From an uncultured Candidatus Saccharibacteria bacterium (GTDB taxonomy: Bacteria; Patescibacteriota; CAZHWT01): a DNA stretch of 64,000 bases. This document shows positions 28,921 to 38,549 of the stretch, one piece after another. The stretch is taken from NCBI GenBank assembly GCA_964554805.1, contig CAZKPX010000002.1:113889-177888 (forward strand). Reading direction: 5' to 3'. The notes under the pieces were generated by a model that did not search any database, was not told where the DNA came from, and was given only the letters and a program-made list of their open reading frames with translations. Each line of letters starts with the position of its first letter. The stretch's first letter is position 1. The translations under genes were made by a program, and so were the position numbers.

Positions 28921-29100
28921 TTCTGGTGCCGAGGAAAGTAACGTTCGCTTTGCTCTCGGGCTATAGTCACCTTCTATTCGGCTCGTTGGCCGAATAGAAG
29001 GTGACTATAGATGCCCCTACAGCTTGAAGCTGTTGAAGGTTATTACCTGCCCTGACTACCAGGTGTATGTTACCCACCAAGTGAGTAAAATACACCTGGT
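28921..29100. repeat. Left copy of a 180-bp perfect direct repeat (begins tggtgccgaggaaag, mimicking a tRNA-Leu 3' end); contains a 22-bp-stem hairpin
   Basis: Identical by eye, base for base, to 40077-40256. Confidence 0.85.
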
Positions 29101-29196
29101 GCCCTAGATGACTCATCACCATTCGAACACTTTATGGAGTGGCTTAATAGTTTATACCAAGCTTTTCAAAGTGAGGATGATCACTAGAGTCTAAAT

Positions 29197-29406
29197 TCAC
29201 CGGGGTATTATATCATGAAAATCCAGATTCAGTGCATTTAGAATCTTGATGAAATTCTGAAGCGAAACATTAACTTCACCACGTTCAATAAGGGCGTAGG
29301 AGGACACGTTTATGCCCACTATTTGTGCTAACTGTGCTTGGCTAAGGTCTTTTGCCCTGCGGGCCGTTCTTATTTTTTGTCCAATTTCTTTAGCGGTGGC
29401 GTTCAT
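29197..29406 (-). CDS. XRE-family HTH transcriptional regulator (Cro/CI-like)
   Basis: IGQKIRTARRAKDLSQAQLAQIVGINVSSYALIERGEVNVSLQNFIKIL. Confidence 0.8.
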   Translation of the reverse strand: MNATAKEIGQKIRTARRAKDLSQAQLAQIVGINVSSYALIERGEVNVSLQNFIKILNALNLDFHDIIPR

Positions 29407-29462
29407 ATGCTTCGGATTATATCACAGAGACTCCAGAGCGACTGCAATTTATGGAGAGTGTC

Positions 29463-29750
29463 TCAAGGTAAATCCCTGCTATGCGCCTCTATCAGAATAT
29501 CCTCCAGTAAGAGTAATGACCACTGGACTCGGTTAGCCTGCAGGTGTGCATTTACTTCCTTGACCATTCCAGGAAAGCCTTTGTCATTGATCATTTTCTG
29601 AACCGTATCCGGGGAGAACTTGCCCTCCAGCATGTGGAACGTGGCGCGTACTTCAATTTTGTGGTCTGGATCATGGATATCAGACCACCTAAGGCCTTTT
29701 TCATCTGTGATATCCTCTGATGCCGATGCTTCTTGAGTGTCGATATTCAT
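29463..29750 (-). CDS. Hypothetical 95-aa protein immediately upstream of the XRE gene (possible toxin- or regulator-like partner)
   Basis: ORF only; co-oriented with the XRE gene, 56-bp gap. Confidence 0.35.
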   Translation of the reverse strand: MNIDTQEASASEDITDEKGLRWSDIHDPDHKIEVRATFHMLEGKFSPDTVQKMINDKGFPGMVKEVNAHLQANRVQWSLLLLEDILIEAHSRDLP

Positions 29751-29780
29751 ATGGTGGGATTATAACACAGGTCTTTTCAC

Positions 29781-30623
29781 TTAAAACTCTTGATAAAGAT
29801 CACTATCTTCCATCCAGTTTTGAGCACTTGTCTCTCCCCGAGTAGTAGTCCACCCGCTTGATTTTTGTGATGGGTAGCGGCTGGGTGGCACCTCACCATC
29901 ATATAGCCACATATCATCAGTCCCATCTTTGCCGCCCACAGCAAAGGTCCATCCTGAGGGAGTTGTACGCCAAGCGTACCAAGAACGGCCGTCTTGAGAT
30001 ACCTTAACAGTAGTGCTTGCTTCAAGTGGCTGATCTTTAACAGAGCCATTGAATAAAAGTATCGGATCATCTCTATATCCCGGCGGATGGCCGTTTCTAT
30101 AGTAGCCCCGTTGGGTAGAAAAAAGACGTATGAATAGTTGTTGTGTTCGCTTAAACTCTCTTTGGTCTAACTGCTTTCCGTCGCAATCTACCTCCTTAAC
30201 ATCAGCATACCTTTTTAGCCGCAGTGCTTGGGCTTTGGCTCTATGCTCAGTTTCTTGAACGCTTAAGCGAAACCGCCACATTACTTTTCGCGCTCCCATG
30301 AAAGTTCTTTCCTTCTGTATGTCTGTGTACCATGTCCCACTAAACGCGCTTGCATACCTTAAGCTACCATGTAGCCCTAGCACTACAGCTAATTTTACTG
30401 TGCATTTTATGCTACTTCCCTTCCTGGCTGTAGCTGAAAGCCCTTTTGAAACCACTTCAATCCTCATAGCTAGGCTGAGTATATAAATAAATGGGATAAG
30501 AGATAGTGGAAACCAGATAGACAGAATAAGAGGCGCAAGCACTCCTTCGCTGCCCTGACTAATCCATATTTCACGAAAATCGAGAGTTGTCTTGGTGAAC
30601 AAGATAGCCGTTACAATTATCAA
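29781..30623 (-). CDS. Hypothetical membrane-anchored protein (N-terminal 2 TM, C-terminal Gly/Trp/Thr-rich soluble domain); 4th gene of island operon
   Basis: 280 aa; ATGA start/stop overlap with the upstream gene. Confidence 0.45.
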   Translation of the reverse strand: MIIVTAILFTKTTLDFREIWISQGSEGVLAPLILSIWFPLSLIPFIYILSLAMRIEVVSKGLSATARKGSSIKCTVKLAVVLGLHGSLRYASAFSGTWYTDIQKERTFMGARKVMWRFRLSVQETEHRAKAQALRLKRYADVKEVDCDGKQLDQREFKRTQQLFIRLFSTQRGYYRNGHPPGYRDDPILLFNGSVKDQPLEASTTVKVSQDGRSWYAWRTTPSGWTFAVGGKDGTDDMWLYDGEVPPSRYPSQKSSGWTTTRGETSAQNWMEDSDLYQEF

Positions 30624-31105
30624 GACCGTCTGAAGAAAATTATAGTCGATTTTGGTGTTTCTTGCCGATGTGGCGCTATTGCCAGCATCACAACTGTGCA
30701 GATTAGAATCAGTTGAATTACTATTTCTGCCAGGATATTAAATGAACTTAGATTGACATAAAAGGCTAAAAATGCCGAGAGGCCAAGGGTATCTTTGAGC
30801 GTTTTTCTTGTTATGTCGCTGGACCTTCTGTTGGTGTGAGCGCTAAATACCATTCCCATGCCGATTAAAAGAACCATGACAAAGGTGTCCTTTAAAAGGC
30901 TTGTATCCCACCAGCCCTTTGCCCAGGCAAGCCATAAAAGAAGTCCTGCGTAGCACAGGTAAAAAGCAATTACAGAAAGAATCGGTTTGCTGCAGAACGT
31001 TTTCAGGATATCTGCAAAGCTTTTTCGTACCTCAGCTCGAAAAAAGGCGAAGGCCAGGAATGTACCTACTATGATCAATGTTGCGACTTCACGGTTTGTT
31101 AGCAT
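30620..31105 (-). CDS. Hypothetical 4-TM membrane protein; 3rd gene of island operon
   Basis: 161 aa; overlaps both neighbours (17 nt upstream, 4 nt downstream). Confidence 0.45.
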   Translation of the reverse strand: MLTNREVATLIIVGTFLAFAFFRAEVRKSFADILKTFCSKPILSVIAFYLCYAGLLLWLAWAKGWWDTSLLKDTFVMVLLIGMGMVFSAHTNRRSSDITRKTLKDTLGLSAFLAFYVNLSSFNILAEIVIQLILICTVVMLAIAPHRQETPKSTIIFFRRS

Positions 31106-32231
31106 GCGTTCTACCTTTAGACTTAACCAGCTTGAGAAGATCTTCCTCTATCTCATAGACTCTTAGCCTGCCTGTGAGTACACCTAGCCTGTAATTGACG
31201 CCTTCGCTCATCAGTTGCCAGTTGGTGTCCTTTAATTCTTGCTTTATCAGCCTTTCCAAATTCTTTGTACTCCTATATTTGTCTCTATCCGGTTCAGTGT
31301 CCCGGACTGAAAAAGCGGCAGCGCTATAGCGGTCATCGGTTGGGTTTTCAAGGCTGAATTTTGCATATCCCTTGGCTTCAGTGCGCTTAGTCAGCCTTCG
31401 CTCTACTTCGTGGACAGTAGGTTTTTGGATATTGGCGACGTTCTCATATAGGTCTTTGTTGTCTATGCGCTCTTTCATTTCGCGCATAAAGGAGGCCATC
31501 TGCAATGTCTGCTGCTTGGCTTTGAGGAACTCTTGGCCTTGTTTATCGTCAAAGCAGAACAGGACCTTATCTTTTTCAAAGTCTGGATCAGGCACTTTTT
31601 CAGGTTCTTCCTTTAGGTCTAAAACATCTTGGTAGCCATGCTCACAGCTTGAACAAGTATAGGTAGTAATAATACGGCCATCTTCCCGCTTATTAGAGTC
31701 TTCCATGACCTGACTACAGACTGGACAAGACGCTTTAGGTTTCTCCCATAATATGCCGTCATGCCACACAGCCGTTCGCTTACTGCAATCAAGGCAGTCA
31801 AAAAGAAAGACGACCTCTTCCTTTCTCTCTGGCCTAGGGACTAAATCCTTGGAAATAAGCTGAAGATTGTGTGAGCGGCAGTGCTTGCAAGGAGATGACT
31901 TTTTAAGCTGAGCAGACTCAACCTCGTTATCTCTAGCCCTATCTTGCTCCATCCACTCATCTATTGTTGCTTGGCGCTCTTCCCAGCGTTCACCAGCCAC
32001 CCACTCAGTAGCAAACCAATAGTGCAAGCTAAATACTTTGCGAAGCTCAAACTCCGGGTCTTCAATCTCTGGATCTACTTTAGAGAGGTCGTTTTGCTTT
32101 AATTTATTGCACGCCTCAATAATCGTTGCTTCACTTCTGCGACACTTTTCTACAGTAAACCGATCGTATAGGTCTTGGTAATAGGAGGCGTCTTTAAGGT
32201 AGCGCGGTACTGTTTTATTCTTCTGAGTCAT
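31089..32231 (-). CDS. Hypothetical charged protein with two CxxC...CxxC zinc-ribbon modules; 2nd gene of island operon
   Basis: CKHC-(27)-CLDC and CPVC-(19)-CSSC motifs; 380 aa; 17-nt overlaps with neighbours. Confidence 0.45.
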   Translation of the reverse strand: MTQKNKTVPRYLKDASYYQDLYDRFTVEKCRRSEATIIEACNKLKQNDLSKVDPEIEDPEFELRKVFSLHYWFATEWVAGERWEERQATIDEWMEQDRARDNEVESAQLKKSSPCKHCRSHNLQLISKDLVPRPERKEEVVFLFDCLDCSKRTAVWHDGILWEKPKASCPVCSQVMEDSNKREDGRIITTYTCSSCEHGYQDVLDLKEEPEKVPDPDFEKDKVLFCFDDKQGQEFLKAKQQTLQMASFMREMKERIDNKDLYENVANIQKPTVHEVERRLTKRTEAKGYAKFSLENPTDDRYSAAAFSVRDTEPDRDKYRSTKNLERLIKQELKDTNWQLMSEGVNYRLGVLTGRLRVYEIEEDLLKLVKSKGRTHANKP

Positions 32232-33012
32232 TCATCTTATCAACCGCCTGGTTAAACTCGTTAACCAGTTGATTTAATTTGGCCTCATAATCTAAGTCCA
32301 ACTCATCATGGACTATACTTAAGATTAAGTGCATATAATCAAAGGCTATAATTAAACTTTCACTTACCCAATTGTCACTTTCTCCAGCATCAACGAAAAA
32401 GCCATCTTCAGACTCTTTGTAGTAGTTGCTAAAAGACAATGAATCTGAGTGGGTTAAACCTGAAAGCATGGGATACATAGTATCGTAAAAATGTTGTCGC
32501 CCAATAGTCCTGGCCATCTCCCATAGTTTTTTATCAGACCAGCCGAATGCATTATAGTCTTGTCGCCCAAGTATCTCATCTGCAGCAGCATGAATCTCTG
32601 CTACTATTGACTGCCCTGGCCTTGGATTTTCTTCCCTTCTCTTTAACTCTTCAAGAAGCGATTCATGTTTCTCAGCATGCTTGATACTTTGCGAAGCTTT
32701 GACAGGGGCATATTCTATAAATCTAGTTAGCAAGTCATCAGTCTTATCGTTAAAAATGTATTTCATCACCACTGCAAGCTCAAATAGAGATCGTGAAATA
32801 ATTGCAGCATCTTCTCCATTGCCATTGGCGCACAGAGACATGATCGCTATGTGAGACTTAGAGGCCTTAGCTAGCGCAATAGCGGCCACTAACGACCTCC
32901 GGGTGCTCTCGCTCTGCCCGTTGGTCATAATCTCTTCTACTATCTCGTGCATTCTTAAGTGCAGCGAATAAAGCTTTTCGTTTGGATCAGAAGGCGATAT
33001 CTCAATTGGCAT
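32215..33012 (-). CDS. Hypothetical soluble protein with an R-x5-H (HEPN-like) motif; 1st gene of island operon
   Basis: 265 aa; ...EMARTIGRQHFYD... contains R-x5-H; own 5' region of about 260 bp. Confidence 0.4.
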   Translation of the reverse strand: MPIEISPSDPNEKLYSLHLRMHEIVEEIMTNGQSESTRRSLVAAIALAKASKSHIAIMSLCANGNGEDAAIISRSLFELAVVMKYIFNDKTDDLLTRFIEYAPVKASQSIKHAEKHESLLEELKRREENPRPGQSIVAEIHAAADEILGRQDYNAFGWSDKKLWEMARTIGRQHFYDTMYPMLSGLTHSDSLSFSNYYKESEDGFFVDAGESDNWVSESLIIAFDYMHLILSIVHDELDLDYEAKLNQLVNEFNQAVDKMNDSEE

Positions 33013-33273
33013 TTTGTTGTTCTGCGCTTTCAGTACTAGTAACTATTTCCGGGATATAACCATAATATTGTTCGTCATCTCTTCGATTAAACCTGAGGTT
33101 TATGACAAATTCTTCTGGCTTTAGCAAAGAACTCGAATACAAGTTAAATGTTAGCTGGTATAATCCTTTGTCATTTATTGGAATCGTGTAGAGACTTTGT
33201 CCAAATACAAGATCATCGTTGTTGGTTTTGAACTTATATTCTCCCTTAGATATAATTCGAATGTGGCTAGAGG

Positions 33274-33900
33274 CTAAGTGCAGGGTATTATTCTGAGATA
33301 CGCTAAAAAACCAACATCCTCGCCTGAGGGTTTTTCCTTGTAGTTGTGAGGATACCTCTTGAGCAAGTATTCATCTCGCTCTTTTTGGATTGTTTTTGTC
33401 TGCCTTGAGAATATAGAAATAAATACGGGATAACTCGCATCCCGGATGGGCAGGAAATCATGTGCTGTGTTTTTCTCGTAATTGGATATTATGACAGGGG
33501 ATTGAAGTAGGTTCTTCCCTATCGAGTTCGAAAATTTCTCCAACCTTAATTCCGCATTAGGTAATACATCACCAGCAACGGCAATATTTATGGTTAATAA
33601 ATTCCCTTCAATTTGGCCTAACGGGAATTTTTCACCTAGTCCTTCTTCCGCAGCTTTCTCGTGTTGGCTATCGTATCCAATTACCCTAACCCACCAGAAG
33701 TAATCCCAACCAAGCTTTGATTCAATCTTGTCTATGCTGGCCACGAAGATTACTTTTGGCCGAGAAAACCTTTTTCTAAATACATCTGCTTTAAAACCTA
33801 CCCAAAAACCAGTAAGGGCAAGGAATACTGGTACAAAAATTTGCAATCCTGCTACGAGGTAATCAAATCCATCTGGAATAATATTTACATCAATTAACAT
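33274..33900 (-). CDS. Hypothetical protein with N-terminal TM segment
   Basis: 208-aa ORF upstream of the operon. Confidence 0.4.
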   Translation of the reverse strand: MLIDVNIIPDGFDYLVAGLQIFVPVFLALTGFWVGFKADVFRKRFSRPKVIFVASIDKIESKLGWDYFWWVRVIGYDSQHEKAAEEGLGEKFPLGQIEGNLLTINIAVAGDVLPNAELRLEKFSNSIGKNLLQSPVIISNYEKNTAHDFLPIRDASYPVFISIFSRQTKTIQKERDEYLLKRYPHNYKEKPSGEDVGFLAYLRIIPCT

Positions 33901-34213
33901 TTAGTTGGCTTCCACCTTCCCAGAGAATCATTTGTTTTGTCATAGACATAAATGCTTGCAATCTCGCCCTTTGACATTATTAATTAAATACTAATTATTT
34001 TTGCTAAAGATGCGCTTGGATCATTTTATTACCTATCTCTGTACACTCTGTATATAGGATATCATATTGGTCGTCAGAAAGAGACCTAACAACGTCTCTG
34101 CCTATTCTTCATCCATTTTTTATATGAGGAGCAAGCGACAACCCTGTAACATCTCTGAGTTTGTGCCTGCTTGATATTATCAGGTATACTGGAATCTGCA
34201 GAGAACTTTTCGC

Positions 34214-37200
34214 GTGCTGTGCACAACCTCTTTACTTGACCGCATGATTAAAAAACTCGTTGTCTTTACTCTAGCAACTACTGCACTGCTCCTAACTATC
34301 ACCTTCTGGCCAGGCAACAATCTGGTCAAGGACTTCTTTGGCTTCAATCAGCAAGCCAACCCTCAGGATGTGACGGGGGGGCAATTTGATGCCAAACAGC
34401 CTTTAGACGCTACTACTCTGCTCGGTCAAGATGGTCTTTACTACCTTCAAGCAGGCAATCTGGTTGGCACCATCGCCACTGACCGTTTCTCAGCCTATGA
34501 TGACCTGATCGACGAGGGACGCATCCCTGCAAACTCCCGCCTGCTTACTGATCAAGACTTACCACTATCCACTCCCCCAGCTCCTCAGTCTGTTCTGCAA
34601 ACCCAGCCCAACACGCCCAATCTACCCAATCAATCCAGCCTTCAAACCCTGTCATCCTCTACTCTCAACTTAACCCTTCACCATGGCACTCTCACCGGCT
34701 CAGTTATCCAAAATGGCCTCCAAACCAGCCTGATAACCAATGACGCTGGTTTCCTAACTTCTCTACTTAACTTCACCACCGACGACCTGACTCAAGGCAG
34801 CACTAACCGCTACACTCAGTGGCAAACGGTCTTAGGTGGTATTTCCTATACTCAATCCGTTACTATTAGTGGCAATGTAACTTTAACTCAATTCACCTCT
34901 CCCTCTGGTCTCCTCTACACTACCAACACTGGTCTTGTCTCTCAGCTTCCCCTCGGCACCTCTGGCCAGTGCCTCCAGTCCGACACTACTGCTCTGGTTT
35001 GGGGATCGTGCGCTACTGGCACGCTAACTGGCACCGGAACCACGGGACAATTGGCCCTTTTTAGTAGTTCCAGCAGTTTGAGCGGCAGCAATGGCTTGGT
35101 CTGGAATGTCCTAGATGGAGCTTTTGAAATTGACGGTGATGTGGATGTAACTGGCGGCTTCTTGGTGGACGGCAACCCGTTGAGTACGACTCATGTGATT
35201 GAAGGGACTAATCTTTACTGGACCAATGGCCGATTTGATACCCGCTTCGGTACTGCCTTTGGCCCGGCCTTTGATAGCGCCTTTGGTGGCAAGACAACTA
35301 ATGACCTGACTGAGGGCGGTAGCGCTTTGTATTGGACTAATAATCGGTTTGATCTGCGTCTGGCCACTAAGGATACTGATGACTTGACTGAAGGCGAAGA
35401 CAACTTGTACTTTACTCAGCTGCGGGTGTCGGCTAATGCTGATGTAGCCGCTAACACTGCCGCCCGGCATGCGGAGGCGACCGTAGGAGATACGGGAACC
35501 CTGGATCTAACTATTGTGGGACAACACATCACAGGTACAGTTATTCAGTCGGGCATTCAGACGACCTTGATTACCAACGACGCGGCCTTTATTTCTAATC
35601 TAACTGACTTTGATACGGATAACCTAGGTGAGGGAGATGTAAATTTGTATTGGACTAATGATCGGTTCGATACCCGCTTCGGCACCGCCTTCAGTTCGGC
35701 CTTTGGTTCAGCTTTTGACAGCGCTTTCGGTGGCAAGAATACTGATGATCTGGATGAGGGTGAAACGAATCTTTATAGTCAATGGGCCTACAATTCGACT
35801 GCCATTACTTTCGGTGACAGTGTCGGTATTGGGGCTTCATCGGCACCGACAGCTACCTTGGATGTGACGGGTACTTTCAGGGTTAGTGGGGCAGTGACTT
35901 TGGCTAACTACACTACCAACGGTGGTATTTTGTACACCAATGGGTCAGGAGCCTTGTCTCAGCTAGGAGTTGGATCTTCCGGGCAATGTCTGGTGTCGAC
36001 CGGCGGTGTGCCGACTTGGGGGTCGTGCGCTGAGGCGGGAACCATTACTGGCTCTGGCACTGCAGGGCAGTTAACCTTCTTTAGCAGTGGGGACACTATT
36101 ACGGGTAGCGCAGCCTTGGTTTGGGATGGGGTGGAGGAGGCATTGGCCATTGGTGGGGATGTGGATGTGACCGGGGTTATTTCAGGTGATGGATCGGGGT
36201 TGACCGATTTGAGCGGTACAGCCATTACTTCAGGAACGATTCTTAATGCTTGGTTAGTTAACTCCGGCGCTCTGACGGTTAGCGCCGGTACTGGCTTGAG
36301 TGGTGGTGGCAGCACGGCACTGGGTGGGTCGACTACTATTAACTTGGCCAACACGGCAGTTGAAGCTGGTTCGTATGGTTCAGCTACCCATGTAGCCCAC
36401 TTTACGGTTGATGCTCAGGGTCGGTTGACGGCTGCTGGTACCACGGCTATTGCCATCGCCGGTGAAGCTATTTCTTCCGGCACTGTGGCTAATGCTCGGT
36501 TAGTTAATGGCGGTGCTTTGAGCGTTAGTGCCGGTACCGGTTTATCTGGCGGTGGTAGTGTGGCTTTGGGTGGGTCAACAACCATTGATTTGGCTAATAC
36601 GGCAGTTGATGCCGATGACTATGGTTCTGCCTCACAAGTGACCACCTTTACCGTTGATGCCCAAGGCCGATTGACGGCGGCTAACAGCGTCAATATTTCT
36701 ATTAATGCCTCAGCCATTAGCGCTGGTACTGTGGCTATTAACCGCGGCGGCACTAACTCAACTGCTACCCCAACCGCTGGCGGGATTGCTTACGGTACCG
36801 GTAGCGCTTATGCCTTTACTGCGGTTGGCACGGAAGGTCAGTGTTTGATGTCTGATGGTAGCAGTGCTCCAACCTGGGGAACTTGCGGCGAGGCTTTGCC
36901 GTCAGATAACCTTACTGGTTCAGGTGCCAATGGCCAACTGGCCTTCTTTGACGGCACTCACACCCAAACCTCCTCTGCCAGTCTGACTTGGAACGGTTCT
37001 CTGTTGAGTATCACTGGCGGGCTTAGTGTCTCTGGTAGTATCACTTTTGCTAACTTTGCTACAAACTACGGCTTGCTCTACACCAACGCCTCTGGTTTGC
37101 TTCATCAACTAACAACTGGATCGGCGGGTCAATGTCTCAAATCGGGAGTTGGCGGGTCGCTCCTTTGGGATGACTGTGGCGGCGGTGGCCTAGCCGGCGG

Positions 37201-38164
37201 TAGCAATCCTGGAGACATGATCTACTGGAGTGGTAGTGCCTGGGTGCAGCTGGCTGCTGGCCTCGATGGTCAGTCAATGGTCTTTTGTCAGGGCCAGCCT
37301 CGATGGGGCGGGGCTATTCCTGTACTTACCACCAAAGCTGGTACTAATACTACTTGGGAGCAAACAGAGACCGGTGGTATTATCAGCGACAATGGTTGTG
37401 CTGAGATTATTGAGCGGGGAGTGGTTTTCTCTACCTCTCCTAATCCCACCTTGGCTAACGGCGTATCTGTCTCCTCCGACACCACTGATAATTTTGATGT
37501 AGTGGCTCATCCCTTGCCCTCGGATACCACTGTCTACATCCGCGCCTATGCTACCAACGCTGGCGGTACTGGATACGGTAACCAGATCACCGTCAATACT
37601 CCTGAACCTCCGGCCTTTAGTATTGGTGATCCTGGTCCGGCTGGGGGAGTTATCTTCTATGTTAAGCCTAGTTACTCTGACGGTTGGCGCTACCTAGAGG
37701 CTGCCACCGCCGATTACGGCTCCCCTACCACCGTCCAATGGGGTTGTCGTGGCACCTCAGTCCCTGGTTCTGGAGGTACGGCCATTGGCACAGGTAAAGC
37801 CAATACTCTCGCTATTGTGGCTTTCCATGACAATCCAGCCAACTTTGGTGGCAATAATTACTACTCCTTTGGTGGTGATTATGGAACCATAGGTTGTAAC
37901 TCGGCCAACAACGGGGTCGTAGCTGCCAAGCTAGCGACGCAGTTTGTTCAAAACGGCTATGACGACTGGTTCTTGCCTAGCTCAGGTGAACTCAATGAAC
38001 TGTATGACCAGCAAGCAACCGTCGGTGGCTTCGGCGCTACCGATTACTGGAGTAGTTCGGAGTACACGGTGACTACCGCCCGCTACCAGAAGTTCTTTAG
38101 TGGTAACGAGAATGGCGGTAGTAAGAGCAATAGCCTCCGGGTCAGGTTCGTCAGGGCTTTTTAG
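34214..38164 (+). CDS. Giant secreted/surface repeat protein with phage-tail-fibre-like repeats and a C-terminal DUF1566 (Lcl C-terminal)-like domain; putative adhesin
   Basis: 1316 aa; N-terminal signal/TM; 4x [TDDLTEG..NLYWTNxRFDxR..AFDSAFGGK], 4x [SGQCLxS....WGSC], 2x [LVNGGALSVSAGTGLSGGGS...FTVDAQGRLTAA]; C-terminus ...GWRYLEAA...DDWFLPSSGELNELY...DYWSSSEY...SLRVRFVRAF. Confidence 0.7.
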   Translation: MLCTTSLLDRMIKKLVVFTLATTALLLTITFWPGNNLVKDFFGFNQQANPQDVTGGQFDAKQPLDATTLLGQDGLYYLQAGNLVGTIATDRFSAYDDLIDEGRIPANSRLLTDQDLPLSTPPAPQSVLQTQPNTPNLPNQSSLQTLSSSTLNLTLHHGTLTGSVIQNGLQTSLITNDAGFLTSLLNFTTDDLTQGSTNRYTQWQTVLGGISYTQSVTISGNVTLTQFTSPSGLLYTTNTGLVSQLPLGTSGQCLQSDTTALVWGSCATGTLTGTGTTGQLALFSSSSSLSGSNGLVWNVLDGAFEIDGDVDVTGGFLVDGNPLSTTHVIEGTNLYWTNGRFDTRFGTAFGPAFDSAFGGKTTNDLTEGGSALYWTNNRFDLRLATKDTDDLTEGEDNLYFTQLRVSANADVAANTAARHAEATVGDTGTLDLTIVGQHITGTVIQSGIQTTLITNDAAFISNLTDFDTDNLGEGDVNLYWTNDRFDTRFGTAFSSAFGSAFDSAFGGKNTDDLDEGETNLYSQWAYNSTAITFGDSVGIGASSAPTATLDVTGTFRVSGAVTLANYTTNGGILYTNGSGALSQLGVGSSGQCLVSTGGVPTWGSCAEAGTITGSGTAGQLTFFSSGDTITGSAALVWDGVEEALAIGGDVDVTGVISGDGSGLTDLSGTAITSGTILNAWLVNSGALTVSAGTGLSGGGSTALGGSTTINLANTAVEAGSYGSATHVAHFTVDAQGRLTAAGTTAIAIAGEAISSGTVANARLVNGGALSVSAGTGLSGGGSVALGGSTTIDLANTAVDADDYGSASQVTTFTVDAQGRLTAANSVNISINASAISAGTVAINRGGTNSTATPTAGGIAYGTGSAYAFTAVGTEGQCLMSDGSSAPTWGTCGEALPSDNLTGSGANGQLAFFDGTHTQTSSASLTWNGSLLSITGGLSVSGSITFANFATNYGLLYTNASGLLHQLTTGSAGQCLKSGVGGSLLWDDCGGGGLAGGSNPGDMIYWSGSAWVQLAAGLDGQSMVFCQGQPRWGGAIPVLTTKAGTNTTWEQTETGGIISDNGCAEIIERGVVFSTSPNPTLANGVSVSSDTTDNFDVVAHPLPSDTTVYIRAYATNAGGTGYGNQITVNTPEPPAFSIGDPGPAGGVIFYVKPSYSDGWRYLEAATADYGSPTTVQWGCRGTSVPGSGGTAIGTGKANTLAIVAFHDNPANFGGNNYYSFGGDYGTIGCNSANNGVVAAKLATQFVQNGYDDWFLPSSGELNELYDQQATVGGFGATDYWSSSEYTVTTARYQKFFSGNENGGSKSNSLRVRFVRAF

Positions 38165-38204
38165 CTATTTATCTATTTAACTATTTAAACGAAAAAATTT
38201 GACT

Positions 38205-38549
38205 ATGGCCCTTTATTACGATCTTCCTGTTTTCCGTGATACCTACCAACTTTCCCTTCTCATTTTTTCCTACACTCAAGAATTTCCCAGAGAATATAAA
38301 TTCACCCTCGGTCAAGACATGAAGCGAGACACCATTCAGCTGATGCGCAGCATCTACCGGGCCAATAAAACTAAAGACAAAACCGAGTATCTCAACGACT
38401 TTTTGGACGACTTTGAGCTGCTTAAGCTCCAAATTCGCCTAGCTACTGATCTTAAAATCTTGCCGGTAAAGAATCAGGCCCAGCTGGCGCTTCACTTGGA
38501 ATCCATCGGCAAGCAGGTCACCGCCTGGCGCAACGCTGCGACCCACTAG
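38205..38549 (+). CDS. Four-helix-bundle protein (Avd / 23S-rRNA-IVS-protein-like)
   Basis: About 114 aa, predicted all-helical; MALYYDLPVFRDTYQLSLLIF... resembles the TIGR02436 family. Confidence 0.45.
   Translation: MALYYDLPVFRDTYQLSLLIFSYTQEFPREYKFTLGQDMKRDTIQLMRSIYRANKTKDKTEYLNDFLDDFELLKLQIRLATDLKILPVKNQAQLALHLESIGKQVTAWRNAATH

Noticed and set aside
34214-38549. Diversity-generating retroelement (DUF1566 target plus Avd-like four-helix-bundle protein)
   Set aside because: There is no reverse transcriptase ORF anywhere in the 64 kb, and no template-repeat copy of the 3' end of the 1316-aa gene near 38165-38700. At most this is a remnant. An Avd-like protein alone is not diagnostic.
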